From Chloroflexota bacterium (GTDB lineage Bacteria; Chloroflexota; UBA11872): DNA of 64,000 nucleotides. The position numbers and the translations under genes were made by a program. Positions 37,561 through 46,676 of this stretch are shown one piece after another (position 1 is the stretch's first letter; each line of letters opens with the position of its first letter). The notes under the pieces are model-generated. The model saw nothing but the letters and a program-made list of their open reading frames with translations. It did not search any database and was not told the DNA's origin. Where the stretch lies: contig CBDCOK010000001.1 of the NCBI GenBank assembly GCA_965219705.1, positions 259-64,258 on the forward strand, in the 5' to 3' direction.

Positions 37561-39036
37561 CTAGTGATCCGTTGAGTCGGCCGCGCCGGCATCCGCCGGT
37601 TTCCCCGCATCCGCCGAAGCCGCCGCGTTCCGCGCATCTGCCGCATCCGGTGGGGGGGGGGATTTCGAACAGCAGCATGATTTGGCGAGCTTGAGCAGCC
37701 TTGACGCCTCGGTGTCGACCTCGTCCAGAGCGGCGTTGCAGCAATCCAACTTGGACTTGCACTCCGGACAGCCGCGCGACTGCGCGTCCTTGAGGCGACT
37801 CCGGGCCTTGTCGACGGCTTGAGAGAGAGCCTCGCCGCACGAGTCCAGCGCGGACTTACATTCTGACGTGAAGCACGATTGGGCGCGCTCGAGTAGCTTC
37901 TCGACCTCGGTAATGACGTCGCCCAAGGCGTTGCAGGAGTCTGGCTTGGGCTTGCATTTCGGGCAGCAGCATGATTTGGCGAGCTTGAGCAGCCTGGAAG
38001 CCTCGGTGATGGCCTTGGCCAAGGCGACGAGGTTGTTCTTTTGTTCTCTGCTCTCCGCCTCTTTCCTTTGCATTTCCATGAAACACAGACGACCGTTGAC
38101 GAACTCGGTCACACGATCACGGAACTCGCCATAGCGATGACGTGCGAGACACAACAGCGCTAGCGCGATGAGGATCGCGATGACTGGAGACCAACAGTAG
38201 CCATGGCTGGACTCCGACCACCTGTACAGCACGAAACCCAATGCGAGCACGGGAAGGACAAGACTGGCAGCGACTTGGGCGAACCGATGGTAGTTTCGGA
38301 CGAGGTAGTCGTAGTCTTCCTGTGTGATGACGTTCTTGCCAATCAGATAGAGCGGGTCCTTGTAAGGCTCTGGCGCGGTACGACGGAAGGGCGTCAGGAG
38401 CAACTTGTTAACAGGGTTCAAGACGATGCCGATCAGCCAGCCGAGCACGTAGATGGACAAGAGAGTCGAGAAGAGCCGGCCGAAGGCTATCGGTGCCAGT
38501 GCAAGGCGTTCGTCCTGCAGAGAGTCGATATCGGCGTTCAGGGATTCCACCCGGGCAAGGTGCATCGCTTCATCTGCCGTGGCTTGGGCGGCACGCCTCG
38601 TAGCCTCAGTGAGCTTGCCGTCGTTGCGATTGACCGCGCCCTGGTACTCGCCGAGCCTGCCCTTGGCTTCCTCACGCAAGCCATGTCGGCGCTGCCAGCG
38701 GTCAAGATAGACGCCACGGACGTGGTTGCGAAGTTCGATGGCGTTATCGAGGGCCGCTTGGGCGCTTTGTTGAGATCGAGCGGTGACTTGAACACGCTCC
38801 TGAGCGTGCCGCAGTCGACGGGCTGCAAGGCAGCGGTCTTGCTCAAGCTCAACGCGCTGGCGGTTGATCTCCGTGTAGGCCGAGAATCGATAAAGGAGTG
38901 TTCTGAGGGGCGACTCGGAGGTGGAGTCTGCGGTCCCGAGCAGGAGCGCGACTGCCATGAGGGCGCCGGCCGGGGTGATCGAGCCGGTGATGCCCAGGTT
39001 GATGAACTGCTTGGCGAGCGTGAGGATGTTGCTCAT
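37561..39036 (-). CDS. Membrane protein with coiled-coil region and C-terminal Cys-rich repeats
   Basis: N-terminal TM segment, coiled coil, two TM segments (LFSTLLSIYVLGWLIGIVL; VAASLVLPVLALGFVLY). C-terminal repeats AKSCCCPKCKPKPDSC...CFTSECKSALDSCGEAL...GCPECKSKLDCCNAAL...AKSCCCSKSPPPP. Confidence 0.5.
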   Translation of the reverse strand: MSNILTLAKQFINLGITGSITPAGALMAVALLLGTADSTSESPLRTLLYRFSAYTEINRQRVELEQDRCLAARRLRHAQERVQVTARSQQSAQAALDNAIELRNHVRGVYLDRWQRRHGLREEAKGRLGEYQGAVNRNDGKLTEATRRAAQATADEAMHLARVESLNADIDSLQDERLALAPIAFGRLFSTLLSIYVLGWLIGIVLNPVNKLLLTPFRRTAPEPYKDPLYLIGKNVITQEDYDYLVRNYHRFAQVAASLVLPVLALGFVLYRWSESSHGYCWSPVIAILIALALLCLARHRYGEFRDRVTEFVNGRLCFMEMQRKEAESREQKNNLVALAKAITEASRLLKLAKSCCCPKCKPKPDSCNALGDVITEVEKLLERAQSCFTSECKSALDSCGEALSQAVDKARSRLKDAQSRGCPECKSKLDCCNAALDEVDTEASRLLKLAKSCCCSKSPPPPDAADARNAAASADAGKPADAGAADSTDH

Positions 39037-39136
39037 GAACGTGGGGATGTCCCGTTGATTGTTGGATTTCGCGGGTGGCGGACTCCGTTCTTGATATAGA
39101 CGAGTCTACATTATGGTAGCGGCAAGATGAAAAGGG

Positions 39137-39210
39137 GCTCTCCTCAAACAGGTGTGGGTGGGTTGAGGTTGATGGGCGCGACGAGGAGTAGGCTCCGTTG
39201 GGCTACCGTT
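39137..39210 (+). repeat. ISL3 left-end fragment (~70 bp)
   Basis: GGCTCTCCTCAAACAGGTGTGGGTGGGTTGAGGTTGATGGGCGCGACGAGGAGTAG... matches the left inverted repeat and adjacent sequence, then diverges. Confidence 0.5.
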
Positions 39211-39351
39211 GCAGTCCTCCTCGTGGAAGCAGGCGGCTACCGCCAGGATCAGCAGGGCAAGTGTCGAGCGTTTCATGATCAGTGAAACGATCCGGCAGAC
39301 CCAAGTTAACGGAAGGGGTCTTATTGGACCCCCCAGCTCGATCGGCCCCGT

Positions 39352-41286
39352 TCACGGCCGGTAACCGGACGGGCACTGACAGGGCCGACCGCCGCGAGCC
39401 CCAAGCGCATCGAGCCCGTCGCACGCCGCGTTGATCTCCTGGTGGCGGGCGTTGATCTGCTCGGGCGTCGATGACGTGCCGGCGCCTAGCGCGCACCAGG
39501 CACCAGCGGCCTGCAGCGCGAAGGCCCGGCGCTGAAAGTCGACGCCTGACCCGCACCAGCTCAGCCCCAGACTCCGCACGTTGGCCGGACGCGGATAGCC
39601 AGGAATCTCGCACGCCCGCCGCTGGCGTTGCGGCTGCGGCGGTGGCTCCGCCGCTGCGGCTGGCTGTCGGCGGTCCGGCCGGGTCGGCGTCTGACGTCGT
39701 GATTCCTGTCTCGACTCGTTGAATCGCGGGTCGTAGCGCGCGTCGTTCATCCGCCAGTAGGGCTCGGAGTCCTTCAGGACTTCGTTCTCTTGCGCGTAAT
39801 CCCACGGCGTCCGCCCCGCATCATCTGGAGCCAACGGGTCGGCCCCGGCTGCCAGCAACGGCTCGATCACGGCCGGATTCTTCTCGTTGTACCGCGCGGC
39901 ATGGTGCAACGGCGTGGAGCCGGACCGGGTGCGCGCCACGGGGTTGGCCCCGGCGCCGAGCAGCGCCTCGAGCACGGCCGGATTCTCGTTGTTCTGAGCG
40001 GCGAGATGCAGGAGCGTCCGGCCGTCGCTCGCCCGCCACGCACGGTTCGCTCCTGCCGCTAGCAGGGCTTCAAGCACGGCGACATTCTCGTTGCCCCACG
40101 CTGCCAAACTCAGAGGAGTGTCGCCGCCCTCAATGCTGACCTCTATATTGGCGCCGGCCGCCAACAGAAACTCGATCACAGCCGGACTCTCGGTGTTGCG
40201 AGCGGCGACATGCAGGGGCGTCCAGCCGCGGTCGGACCGGGCGTCGATGTCCGCCCCGGCCGCCAGCAGAAACTCGAGGACGGCCGGATTCTCGTTGTTT
40301 CTAGCGGCGTAATGCAGGAGAGTCAGGCCGTCAGTCGTTTGCATGTCTAGATTGCCGCCGGCGTCCAGAAGCACCTCAAGAATGGCTAGGTTCGAGCTAT
40401 TGGTGGCTGCCTCATGCAGCGGCGTGTGACCGTCACCGTCAGTCCGTGCCAGCATGTCGGCCCCAGCGGCGAGCAGAGCTTCGAGCACGGCTGCGTTCTC
40501 GTTTCTCCAGGCCGCCATGTGCAAGGGTGTGTGGCCGATGTCGTCCTGCGCCTCGATGTTTGCCCCAGCCGCCAGCAACGCCTCGAGAACGGCCGGATTC
40601 TCGTTGTTCTGAGCGGCGTGGTGCAGGGCCGTACTCTCACTGCCGTTGCGTGCTTCCAGGTTCGCCCCGGCCACCAGCAGAGCCTCGATCACGGTTGGGG
40701 CCTTGCTGCTCCAAGCCGCCCAGTGCAGCGGCGTGGTGCGGTCATCGTCGCGCGCCGCCACGTCCGCGCCGCCAGCAAGGCAGGCCTTTGCGTCCTCCGC
40801 GGTCGCCATCTCGAAGAACTCCTGCGTGTTCCAATCCTCGCAACTCACCGCCTGGACCGGAGCAGGTGACTCGGTGGCGGCCGGCGGCGCAGCGGGTGAC
40901 TCCGCGACCGGCGGCACATCGGTTGCGGCGACCTCGGACTCCGCAGGCCGCGGTTCGCCGGCCACGCGGAGCAGTTCGGCCTGCAGGCCGTCCAGATACC
41001 CGGTCGTTGGCATTCCCCGCGCCGCCTGCCAGCGACGAATCGCCTCGCGACTCCGCGGGCCGAACAACCCGTCCGGCGCGCCCGCGTCGAAGCCCTCGCT
41101 GCGCAGCCCCTGCTGAATTAGTCGACGCGCGGGTCGATCGAGACCCAGCGACGCTTCGACAGCCGCCGGATCCTGCGCGGCCGTGGCCACCGTCATCCGG
41201 AACGCCGCTCCCGGAGGCGGTACCAGAACCGCTGCCGAGACGACGAACGCCAGCAACAGAACGACGGCGAGCCACTCATGGCGCAT
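39352..41286 (-). CDS. Ankyrin-repeat protein with N-terminal signal peptide and peptidoglycan-binding domain
   Basis: MRHEWLAVVLLLAFVVSAAVL; GFDAGAPDGLFGPRSREAIRRWQAARGMPTTGYLDG (PG_binding_1); then ~12 ankyrin repeats (TPLHxAAxxxxxxVVEALLAAGAN); Cys-rich C-terminus. Confidence 0.8.
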   Translation of the reverse strand: MRHEWLAVVLLLAFVVSAAVLVPPPGAAFRMTVATAAQDPAAVEASLGLDRPARRLIQQGLRSEGFDAGAPDGLFGPRSREAIRRWQAARGMPTTGYLDGLQAELLRVAGEPRPAESEVAATDVPPVAESPAAPPAATESPAPVQAVSCEDWNTQEFFEMATAEDAKACLAGGADVAARDDDRTTPLHWAAWSSKAPTVIEALLVAGANLEARNGSESTALHHAAQNNENPAVLEALLAAGANIEAQDDIGHTPLHMAAWRNENAAVLEALLAAGADMLARTDGDGHTPLHEAATNSSNLAILEVLLDAGGNLDMQTTDGLTLLHYAARNNENPAVLEFLLAAGADIDARSDRGWTPLHVAARNTESPAVIEFLLAAGANIEVSIEGGDTPLSLAAWGNENVAVLEALLAAGANRAWRASDGRTLLHLAAQNNENPAVLEALLGAGANPVARTRSGSTPLHHAARYNEKNPAVIEPLLAAGADPLAPDDAGRTPWDYAQENEVLKDSEPYWRMNDARYDPRFNESRQESRRQTPTRPDRRQPAAAAEPPPQPQRQRRACEIPGYPRPANVRSLGLSWCGSGVDFQRRAFALQAAGAWCALGAGTSSTPEQINARHQEINAACDGLDALGARGGRPCQCPSGYRP

Positions 41287-41607
41287 CGCTGCCTCCCAAG
41301 TGCAGGAGATCAGATTCCCTGCTTCATCGACAGGGGAGTTTAGATGGCAAGAAGCATATCGTGGATTGCATTACGCACATGACATAGCTCATCCCGCCTC
41401 GGCAGTGGGCTCCTGCTGGCCAGCACGGCGTGCGGATCATCGGGACCCTCCTCGGTTGTCCTTGCATCCAACCGTCGGCCGCGCGACGGGGCCCCGGCAC
41501 GACCGAACTGCTCGGATCGCATCTCTTCCATCTCCCTGCCGGCGAACCCTACCCGCGCCGCCCGACAGCTGCGCCGTCGGCACCGGCGCCAGTCAGTACG
41601 GCCAACT

Positions 41608-42594
41608 CTAGATCACGATGCGCTCGATCTCGTCGACGGTGATCGTGTCCGCCGTCCGGTCGTAGAGCTTCGTCGTCTTCGGCGAGGCGTGCCCGGCGAT
41701 CCGCTGCGCGTGATCGAGCGTCCCCCCGTTCGACAGATACGCCGTGATCCCCGTCGCCCGGAACGTGTGGCAGCAGGTCGACGGCGGCAGATCCGCCGCC
41801 GCCGCCCGCCGCTTGATCATCGCCAGGACGAGACGCCGCGACAGCGCCCGCCCCGTCAGATGCCACCCCGCGGGGTCGAGGCTCTGGAAGAGCGGCGCCT
41901 TCGCCTCGCCCGGCCCGGCCGCCGCGAGATAGTCGTCGAGCGCCTCGGCCGCCCGATGGTGCGCCGGGACGTCGTGGCGCTTGCCGCCCTTCTCGTGCAG
42001 CCTGAGCCAACCCCGGCTCTCCTGCCGGAAGTAGTCCTGCCGCCGCATCGCGATGACCGCACTCACCCGCGCGAAGCTGTAGAGCATCACCGAGACGAGC
42101 GCCCGGTCGCGCCGGCCCGCGAGGGTAGTCGTGTCGATCGCCTCGAGCAGCCGGCGGGCCTCGGCCGGCGACACCGCCGGCGTCGCGCCCTTGGTGACGA
42201 CGTGCTTCGGTCCCCGAACCGCCGCGGCCGGGTTCACCGGGAGGACCTGGCTGACGACGAGCCAGTCGCCGAGCATGCGGATCGCGGCCAGGTGCTGTTT
42301 GACCGTCGGCGCCGACCCGGGGTGCGTCCGGATGTAGGCCGCCACGTGCAGCGGCGAGACCGCCTCGAGGGCCAGCCCGCGCGCCTCGCACCACGCCAGA
42401 AACTGCCCCACCGCCCGCCCGTACGCCGCCCGCGTGCGCCGGTTGGCGATCCGCGCCGCGAAGAACTCGAGAAACTTCCCCACCGCCGCCGGCCCCGCGT
42501 CGACGACGAGCCGCGGCAGCAGGGGGCCGCCCCGCCCGGCGGCCGCCGGGCGCAGGGCGCCCGCCCGCTCGACCAGCGCCACGTCTTCGCTCAT
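41608..42594 (-). CDS. Tyrosine recombinase/integrase, intact copy (329 aa from the ATG at 42594)
   Basis: MSEDVALVER...core-binding domain...RDRALVSVMLYSFARVSAV (R)...GWLRLHEKGGKRHDVPAHH (H-x-x-R region)...HTFRATGITAYLSNGG...GHASPKTTKLYDRT (catalytic Y). Fragments of the same gene recur at 5648, 10860, 13744 and 14366. Confidence 0.8.
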   Translation of the reverse strand: MSEDVALVERAGALRPAAAGRGGPLLPRLVVDAGPAAVGKFLEFFAARIANRRTRAAYGRAVGQFLAWCEARGLALEAVSPLHVAAYIRTHPGSAPTVKQHLAAIRMLGDWLVVSQVLPVNPAAAVRGPKHVVTKGATPAVSPAEARRLLEAIDTTTLAGRRDRALVSVMLYSFARVSAVIAMRRQDYFRQESRGWLRLHEKGGKRHDVPAHHRAAEALDDYLAAAGPGEAKAPLFQSLDPAGWHLTGRALSRRLVLAMIKRRAAAADLPPSTCCHTFRATGITAYLSNGGTLDHAQRIAGHASPKTTKLYDRTADTITVDEIERIVI

Positions 42595-42987
42595 CCCGTC
42601 ACCTCTCCCCCGCCGCCGGCCGCCTCCTTCCCCGCCGGCGAGCGCCTCGAACCGTTCGTAGTCGCTGACGAGCGCCTGGGCCAGCGCGTAGAGTCGTCCG
42701 ACGGCGTCCTTCGCCCCGCTGAAGCGCACCTCGATCCGGTCCGCCTCGACCGTCACCCCGTCGGGCAGTCCCGACAGGCGCGCATCGAGCGCCTCGACCG
42801 GCACGGCCACGCGGATCCCGGTCAGCCGCGCCCGGCGGATCTCGGTGACCACCTTCTCGCGCCGCGTCTCCTCGCGGCGGAAGGCGGCGCGCTTGCGGTG
42901 CCTCCGAAGCTGCCGCAGGAGCTCGGCCCGCGGCAGCGTCAGCAGGTGCCCGGTCCGGTGGGCGCCGAAGGCCGTCATCAGCTGCAC
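42595..42987 (-). CDS. Integrase-associated HTH protein (N-terminus truncated by the Tn3 inverted repeat; in-frame with the integrase, no intervening stop)
   Basis: ...LFGVSKVRAVQLMTAFGAHRTGHLLTLPRAELLRQLRRHRKRAAF... is homologous to 14564-15190. Homology ends at 43016 where the Tn3-type inverted repeat begins. Confidence 0.4.
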
Positions 42988-43078
42988 GGCGCGGACCTTC
43001 GAGACGCCGAAGAGCGGGTCGTTTGCGGGAGGGGGCGAGATCCTACGCTAAGCCCACCCGGCGGCGCGGATCTCGGGT

Positions 43079-43690
43079 TCAGGCCCCGAGGACCTTCCGG
43101 CCCTGCTCCCGCAACTGGCCCTGTGGGCCGACGTACCGGTAGAGCGTCACCGGCCTGATGCCGAGTTCGCGGCACAGCTCCGACACCGACGTGTCGCGGT
43201 GCGCCATCGCGGACTGGGCCAGCCTCACCTGGGCTTTCGAGAGCGCGAACTTCCTGCCGCCCTTGCGTCCGCGAGCCCGCGACACCTTGAGCCCGGCCAC
43301 GGTGCGTTCGCGGATCAGCTCCCGCTCGAACTCGGCCAGCGCCGCGAAGATGCCGAACACGAGGCGGCCGGCCGCGGTCGTGGTGTCGACCGGCGCGCCC
43401 TGGCCGGCGAGCACCCGCAGGCCCACGCCGCGTGCCGACAGGTCCTGCACGGTGTTGACCAGGTGGGCGAGGTTGCGGCCGAGGCGGTCGAGCTTCCAGA
43501 CGACGAGCACGTCGCCCTTGCGCAGGGCGCGCAAGCAGCTGTCGAGTCCCGGCCGGTCGTCGCGGACGCCGGACGCGAAGCCGTGGTACAGGTTGACGGC
43601 GTCGACGCCCTCGGCCCGCAGGGCGTCGCGCTGCAGGTCGAGCGACTGGGAGCCGTCGGTCTTCGAGACGCGGGCGTAGCCGATCAGCAT
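43079..43690 (-). CDS. tnpR: Serine recombinase (resolvase, TnpR)
   Basis: MLIGYARVSKTDGSQSLDLQRDAL... gives the catalytic Ser in YARVS. Helix-turn-helix C-terminus. 203 aa from the ATG at 43690. Confidence 0.8.
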   Translation of the reverse strand: MLIGYARVSKTDGSQSLDLQRDALRAEGVDAVNLYHGFASGVRDDRPGLDSCLRALRKGDVLVVWKLDRLGRNLAHLVNTVQDLSARGVGLRVLAGQGAPVDTTTAAGRLVFGIFAALAEFERELIRERTVAGLKVSRARGRKGGRKFALSKAQVRLAQSAMAHRDTSVSELCRELGIRPVTLYRYVGPQGQLREQGRKVLGA

Positions 43691-43802
43691 GTATCGCAAA
43701 CGGTCGTTTGGGACACGAGGGCGCGGGCGGCTTCTGGCGAGCTCCTCCACGTATCGTAGGCCGTGTCCCAATCAACGTTTCGCATACGTCCAGTGAAAGA
43801 GC

Positions 43803-44685
43803 ATGGCACGGAGAACCGTCCTGACCGGCCGGCAGAGGTCGGCCCTGTTTTCCCTTCCGCAACGCGAGGCGGACCTGCTGCGCCACTACACCCTGAGCGA
43901 CGAGGACCTGCAGAACATCGAGGTCCGGCGGCGTCCCCGCAACAAGCTGGGCTTCGCGCTGCAGCTGTGCGTCCTCCGCTACCCGGGCCGTCTGCTGGCC
44001 CCGGGCGAGTTCGTTCCCCCGGTGGTCGTGGACTTCATCGGCCGCCAGCTCCACCTGGACGGGGAGGAGCTCGGCGACTACGCGGTGCGGGCCGAGACCC
44101 TGCACGAGCATCTGGCGGAGCTGCGCCGCCTGTATGGATTCCGGTCCTTCTCGGGCGGCGCGGCGCGTGAGCTCGTCGAGCGGCTCCGCGAAGAAGCGCC
44201 CCAGGCGCAGTCGAACGAGGACCTGGTCCGGAGGTTCGTCGAGGCCTGTCGGCGCACGCGGACCATCCTGCCGGCCACGACGACGATCGAGCGGCTCTGC
44301 GCCGACGCGCTGGTCGACGCGGAACGCCGGATCGAAGCCCGCATCGCCGAGCGGGTGCCGCCCGGGCTGCGGCGCGACCTCGAGCATCTGCTCGAAGAGA
44401 CGGTCGACGCCGGCGTGACGCGGTTCGTGTGGCTCAGGCAGTTCGAGCCGGGCAGCAATTCGGCCGACGCCAACCGGTTGCTGGACCGCCTCGAGCACCT
44501 CCGGCGCCTCGCGGTTCCGGAAGGCCTCTTCGGCGACATCCCTCCGCATCGGATCACGCGGCTGCGCCGGCAGGGGGAGCGCTACTTCGCCGACGGGCTC
44601 CGCGAGCTCCCGGACAACCGCCGCCTCGCGAGCATGCTGGGCCGGCGAAGCCGGGCCCGCGCCTGCAGGCGGAAGCCGATCCGAG
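43803..44685 (+). pseudogene. tnpA: Tn3-family transposase N-terminal fragment (DUF4158 region), 3'-truncated
   Basis: MARRTVLTGRQRSALFSLPQREADLLRHYTLSDEDLQNIEVRRRPRNKLGFALQLCVLRYPGR... is the Tn3 TnpA N-terminal domain. The ORF reads through into the paralogue-D leader. Confidence 0.65.
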
Positions 44686-44934
44686 CAATGAATCCGGGGG
44701 GGTTGTTCGCCTCAGGCGGGGGGCGAAGCGGGGTCAACGTAGTGGGCGTTATGGGACGCCGGCCTGGGGCGGCCAGGCCGGCCAGGCTGCGGAACAACTC
44801 GCGGCAATGCTCCTCGAGGCCGCATCGAACGACGTCCGCGGCGGGCTCGATGCGCCATGCCAACCTGAGCCTGAGTCCCCGAATCGGCCTTCCCCGTGGT
44901 AGGTTGGCTCTCCTCAGCAAAGGAGCGGAACACC
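44686..44934 (+). promoter_or_regulatory. Conserved leader of DGR-target paralogues (copy D)
   Basis: See 29646-29891. Confidence 0.5.
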
Positions 44935-46611
44935 ATGCGGACCGTTGCCGACTCGATGCTGGTTCTCTGCGCGTTGGTGTGCACGGCGTCGGTAGCCTCG
45001 GCGCAGACGCCGGTGGGGGCGCTGGCGACCGACGAAGGTGAGCAGTGGGGCTGGGCGGTGGACTACGAGACGGCGGGCGCCGCGCAGGCGCGGGCGCTCA
45101 GCGAGTGCGGCGGTGGTTGCCGGGTGGTGTTGACGTTCAACCGTTGCGCCGCCTACGCCGCGGACCAGGACGCGGCCAGCACGGCGGTGGGCTGGGCGGA
45201 ATCGTACGGCTCGGCGGCTGCGGCTCAGCAGGCGGCGCTGACTGAGTGCAGCTTGCGGGGCGGCTCTGGCTGCATCGTTCGGGTGTGGGGCTGCAACGGC
45301 CCGGTGGTCGAGGAGGGGTTGAGCCTCGACCGTGCGGCGCGTCGTCAGGTTCAGGAGGGCCTGCAGGCCGCCGGCTTCGACCCGGGCGGCGTGGACGGGA
45401 TGTTCGGTCCGCGGACGCGGGCGGCGATCCGGGGTTGGCAGTCGTCGCGGGGTGCGCGGCCGACGGGGTATCTGGACGGTCCGGGGGTCGAGGCGCTGCG
45501 GTCGGCCGGCGGTTCCGGTCCGGCGACGGGAGCCGCGTCCCCGGCGCCCGTGGCACGGCAGCCGGCGTCCACCGCTGCGCTGTCCGCGCCGCCCGCGGCC
45601 GGCGCGGAACTGGAGGGCCTGTTCTGGCAGTCCATCATGAACAGCGCGAACCCGGCGGAGTTCGAGGCGTATCTCGCGCAGTTCCCGAACGGGGTGTTCC
45701 GGGCCCTGGCCGAGGCCCGCCTGGCGGCGCTGCGCGCGCCGGCGGGTACTCCGTCCGGGGCGGCCGGGTCGCGAGTCGACGGCGCGGGGTCGCCGGCTGT
45801 CCGGTCACCGGTCCCGGGCGGGCGGGTCGCCGGAGCTCCCGCTCCAGCCGCCGGGATTGCCGCGGGCGACGCTGCGCGTCCGCGGCCGGGCGACGTGTTC
45901 CGGGACTGCGACGCCTGCCCGGAGCTGGTGGTGGTACCGGCGGGCCGGTTCCGGATGGGCTGCGTCTCCGGCACGGGCTGCCGGGACAGCGAGCTGCCGG
46001 TGCACGAGGTGGCGGTGGCGTCGTTCGCGCTGGGCGTGCACGAGGTGACGTTCGCGGAGTACGAACGCTTCGCCGCGGCGACGGGCCGTGACCGGCCGAA
46101 CGATCGAGGTTGGGGCGGGGGCGCCCGTCCGGTGATCAACGTGTCGTGGGAGGACGCGGCGGCCTACGCGGACTGGCTGTCCGGCGAGACGGGCGCGCGG
46201 TATCGGTTGCCGAGCGAGTCGGAGTGGGAGTATGCGGCGCGGGCCGGCGCCGAGACGGCGCACGCCTGGGGGAACGACATCGGCTTTCGCGAAGTCTGCA
46301 ACTGGGCGAACTACTATGGCTGCAGAGACGAGACGGAGCCGGTGGGCTCGTTAGCGGCGAACGGGTGGGGCCTGCACGACATGCACGGCAACGTGTTGGA
46401 GTGGGTGGCGGACTGCTGGCATCGCAGCTACGCGGGTGCACCGCGCGATGGCTCGGCGTGGACGAGCGGCGGTTGCGGTGCTCGTACATTGCGGGGCGGT
46501 TCCTGGAGGAACGGTAGTCTGGACAGTCTCCGCTCGGCCCACCGCGACACAGCCCCTGCCGGGCACCGGTTAGACACCTTCGGTTTTCGCGTGGCGAGGA
46601 CGCTGCGTTGA
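44935..46611 (+). CDS. DGR-target paralogue D (more canonical FGE-sulfatase/SUMF1-like domain); VR-like C-terminus ~46488-46608
   Basis: Same N-terminal architecture. C-terminus ...HGNVLEWVADCW...GARTLRGGSWRNGSLDSLRSAHRDTAPAGHRLDTFGFRVARTLR. The 3' end GGTTTTCGCGTGGCGAGGACGCTG resembles the VR-A 3' end. Confidence 0.8.
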   Translation: MRTVADSMLVLCALVCTASVASAQTPVGALATDEGEQWGWAVDYETAGAAQARALSECGGGCRVVLTFNRCAAYAADQDAASTAVGWAESYGSAAAAQQAALTECSLRGGSGCIVRVWGCNGPVVEEGLSLDRAARRQVQEGLQAAGFDPGGVDGMFGPRTRAAIRGWQSSRGARPTGYLDGPGVEALRSAGGSGPATGAASPAPVARQPASTAALSAPPAAGAELEGLFWQSIMNSANPAEFEAYLAQFPNGVFRALAEARLAALRAPAGTPSGAAGSRVDGAGSPAVRSPVPGGRVAGAPAPAAGIAAGDAARPRPGDVFRDCDACPELVVVPAGRFRMGCVSGTGCRDSELPVHEVAVASFALGVHEVTFAEYERFAAATGRDRPNDRGWGGGARPVINVSWEDAAAYADWLSGETGARYRLPSESEWEYAARAGAETAHAWGNDIGFREVCNWANYYGCRDETEPVGSLAANGWGLHDMHGNVLEWVADCWHRSYAGAPRDGSAWTSGGCGARTLRGGSWRNGSLDSLRSAHRDTAPAGHRLDTFGFRVARTLR

Positions 46612-46638
46612 GTCTTGATTCGTCCCCTCTTTACCTCC

Positions 46639-46676
46639 TAGGGTACCGACCAGATCCGTGTAGAAATACACCCTAA
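46639..46676 (+). repeat. Tn3-family-type terminal inverted repeat remnant (GGGTACCGACCAGATCCGTGTAGAAATACACCCTAAC)
   Basis: Resembles the 51412 inverted repeat (GGGTACCGAC...CGTGT...ATACAC..CTAA). Probably the outer end of the Tn3 relative whose tnpA C-terminus is at 48272-48954, now separated by the IS5 insertion. Confidence 0.35.

Larger units (their letters stand above)
43016..44685 (+). mobile_element. Second Tn3-family transposon, truncated (IR-tnpR-res-tnpA N-terminus)
   Basis: Putative 38-bp inverted repeat GGGTCGTTTGCGGGAGGGGGCGAGATCCTACGCTAAG (ends ACGCTAAG as in Tn21-type repeats). Divergent tnpR/tnpA. The element ends abruptly at the CAATGAATCC leader of paralogue D. Confidence 0.6.
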
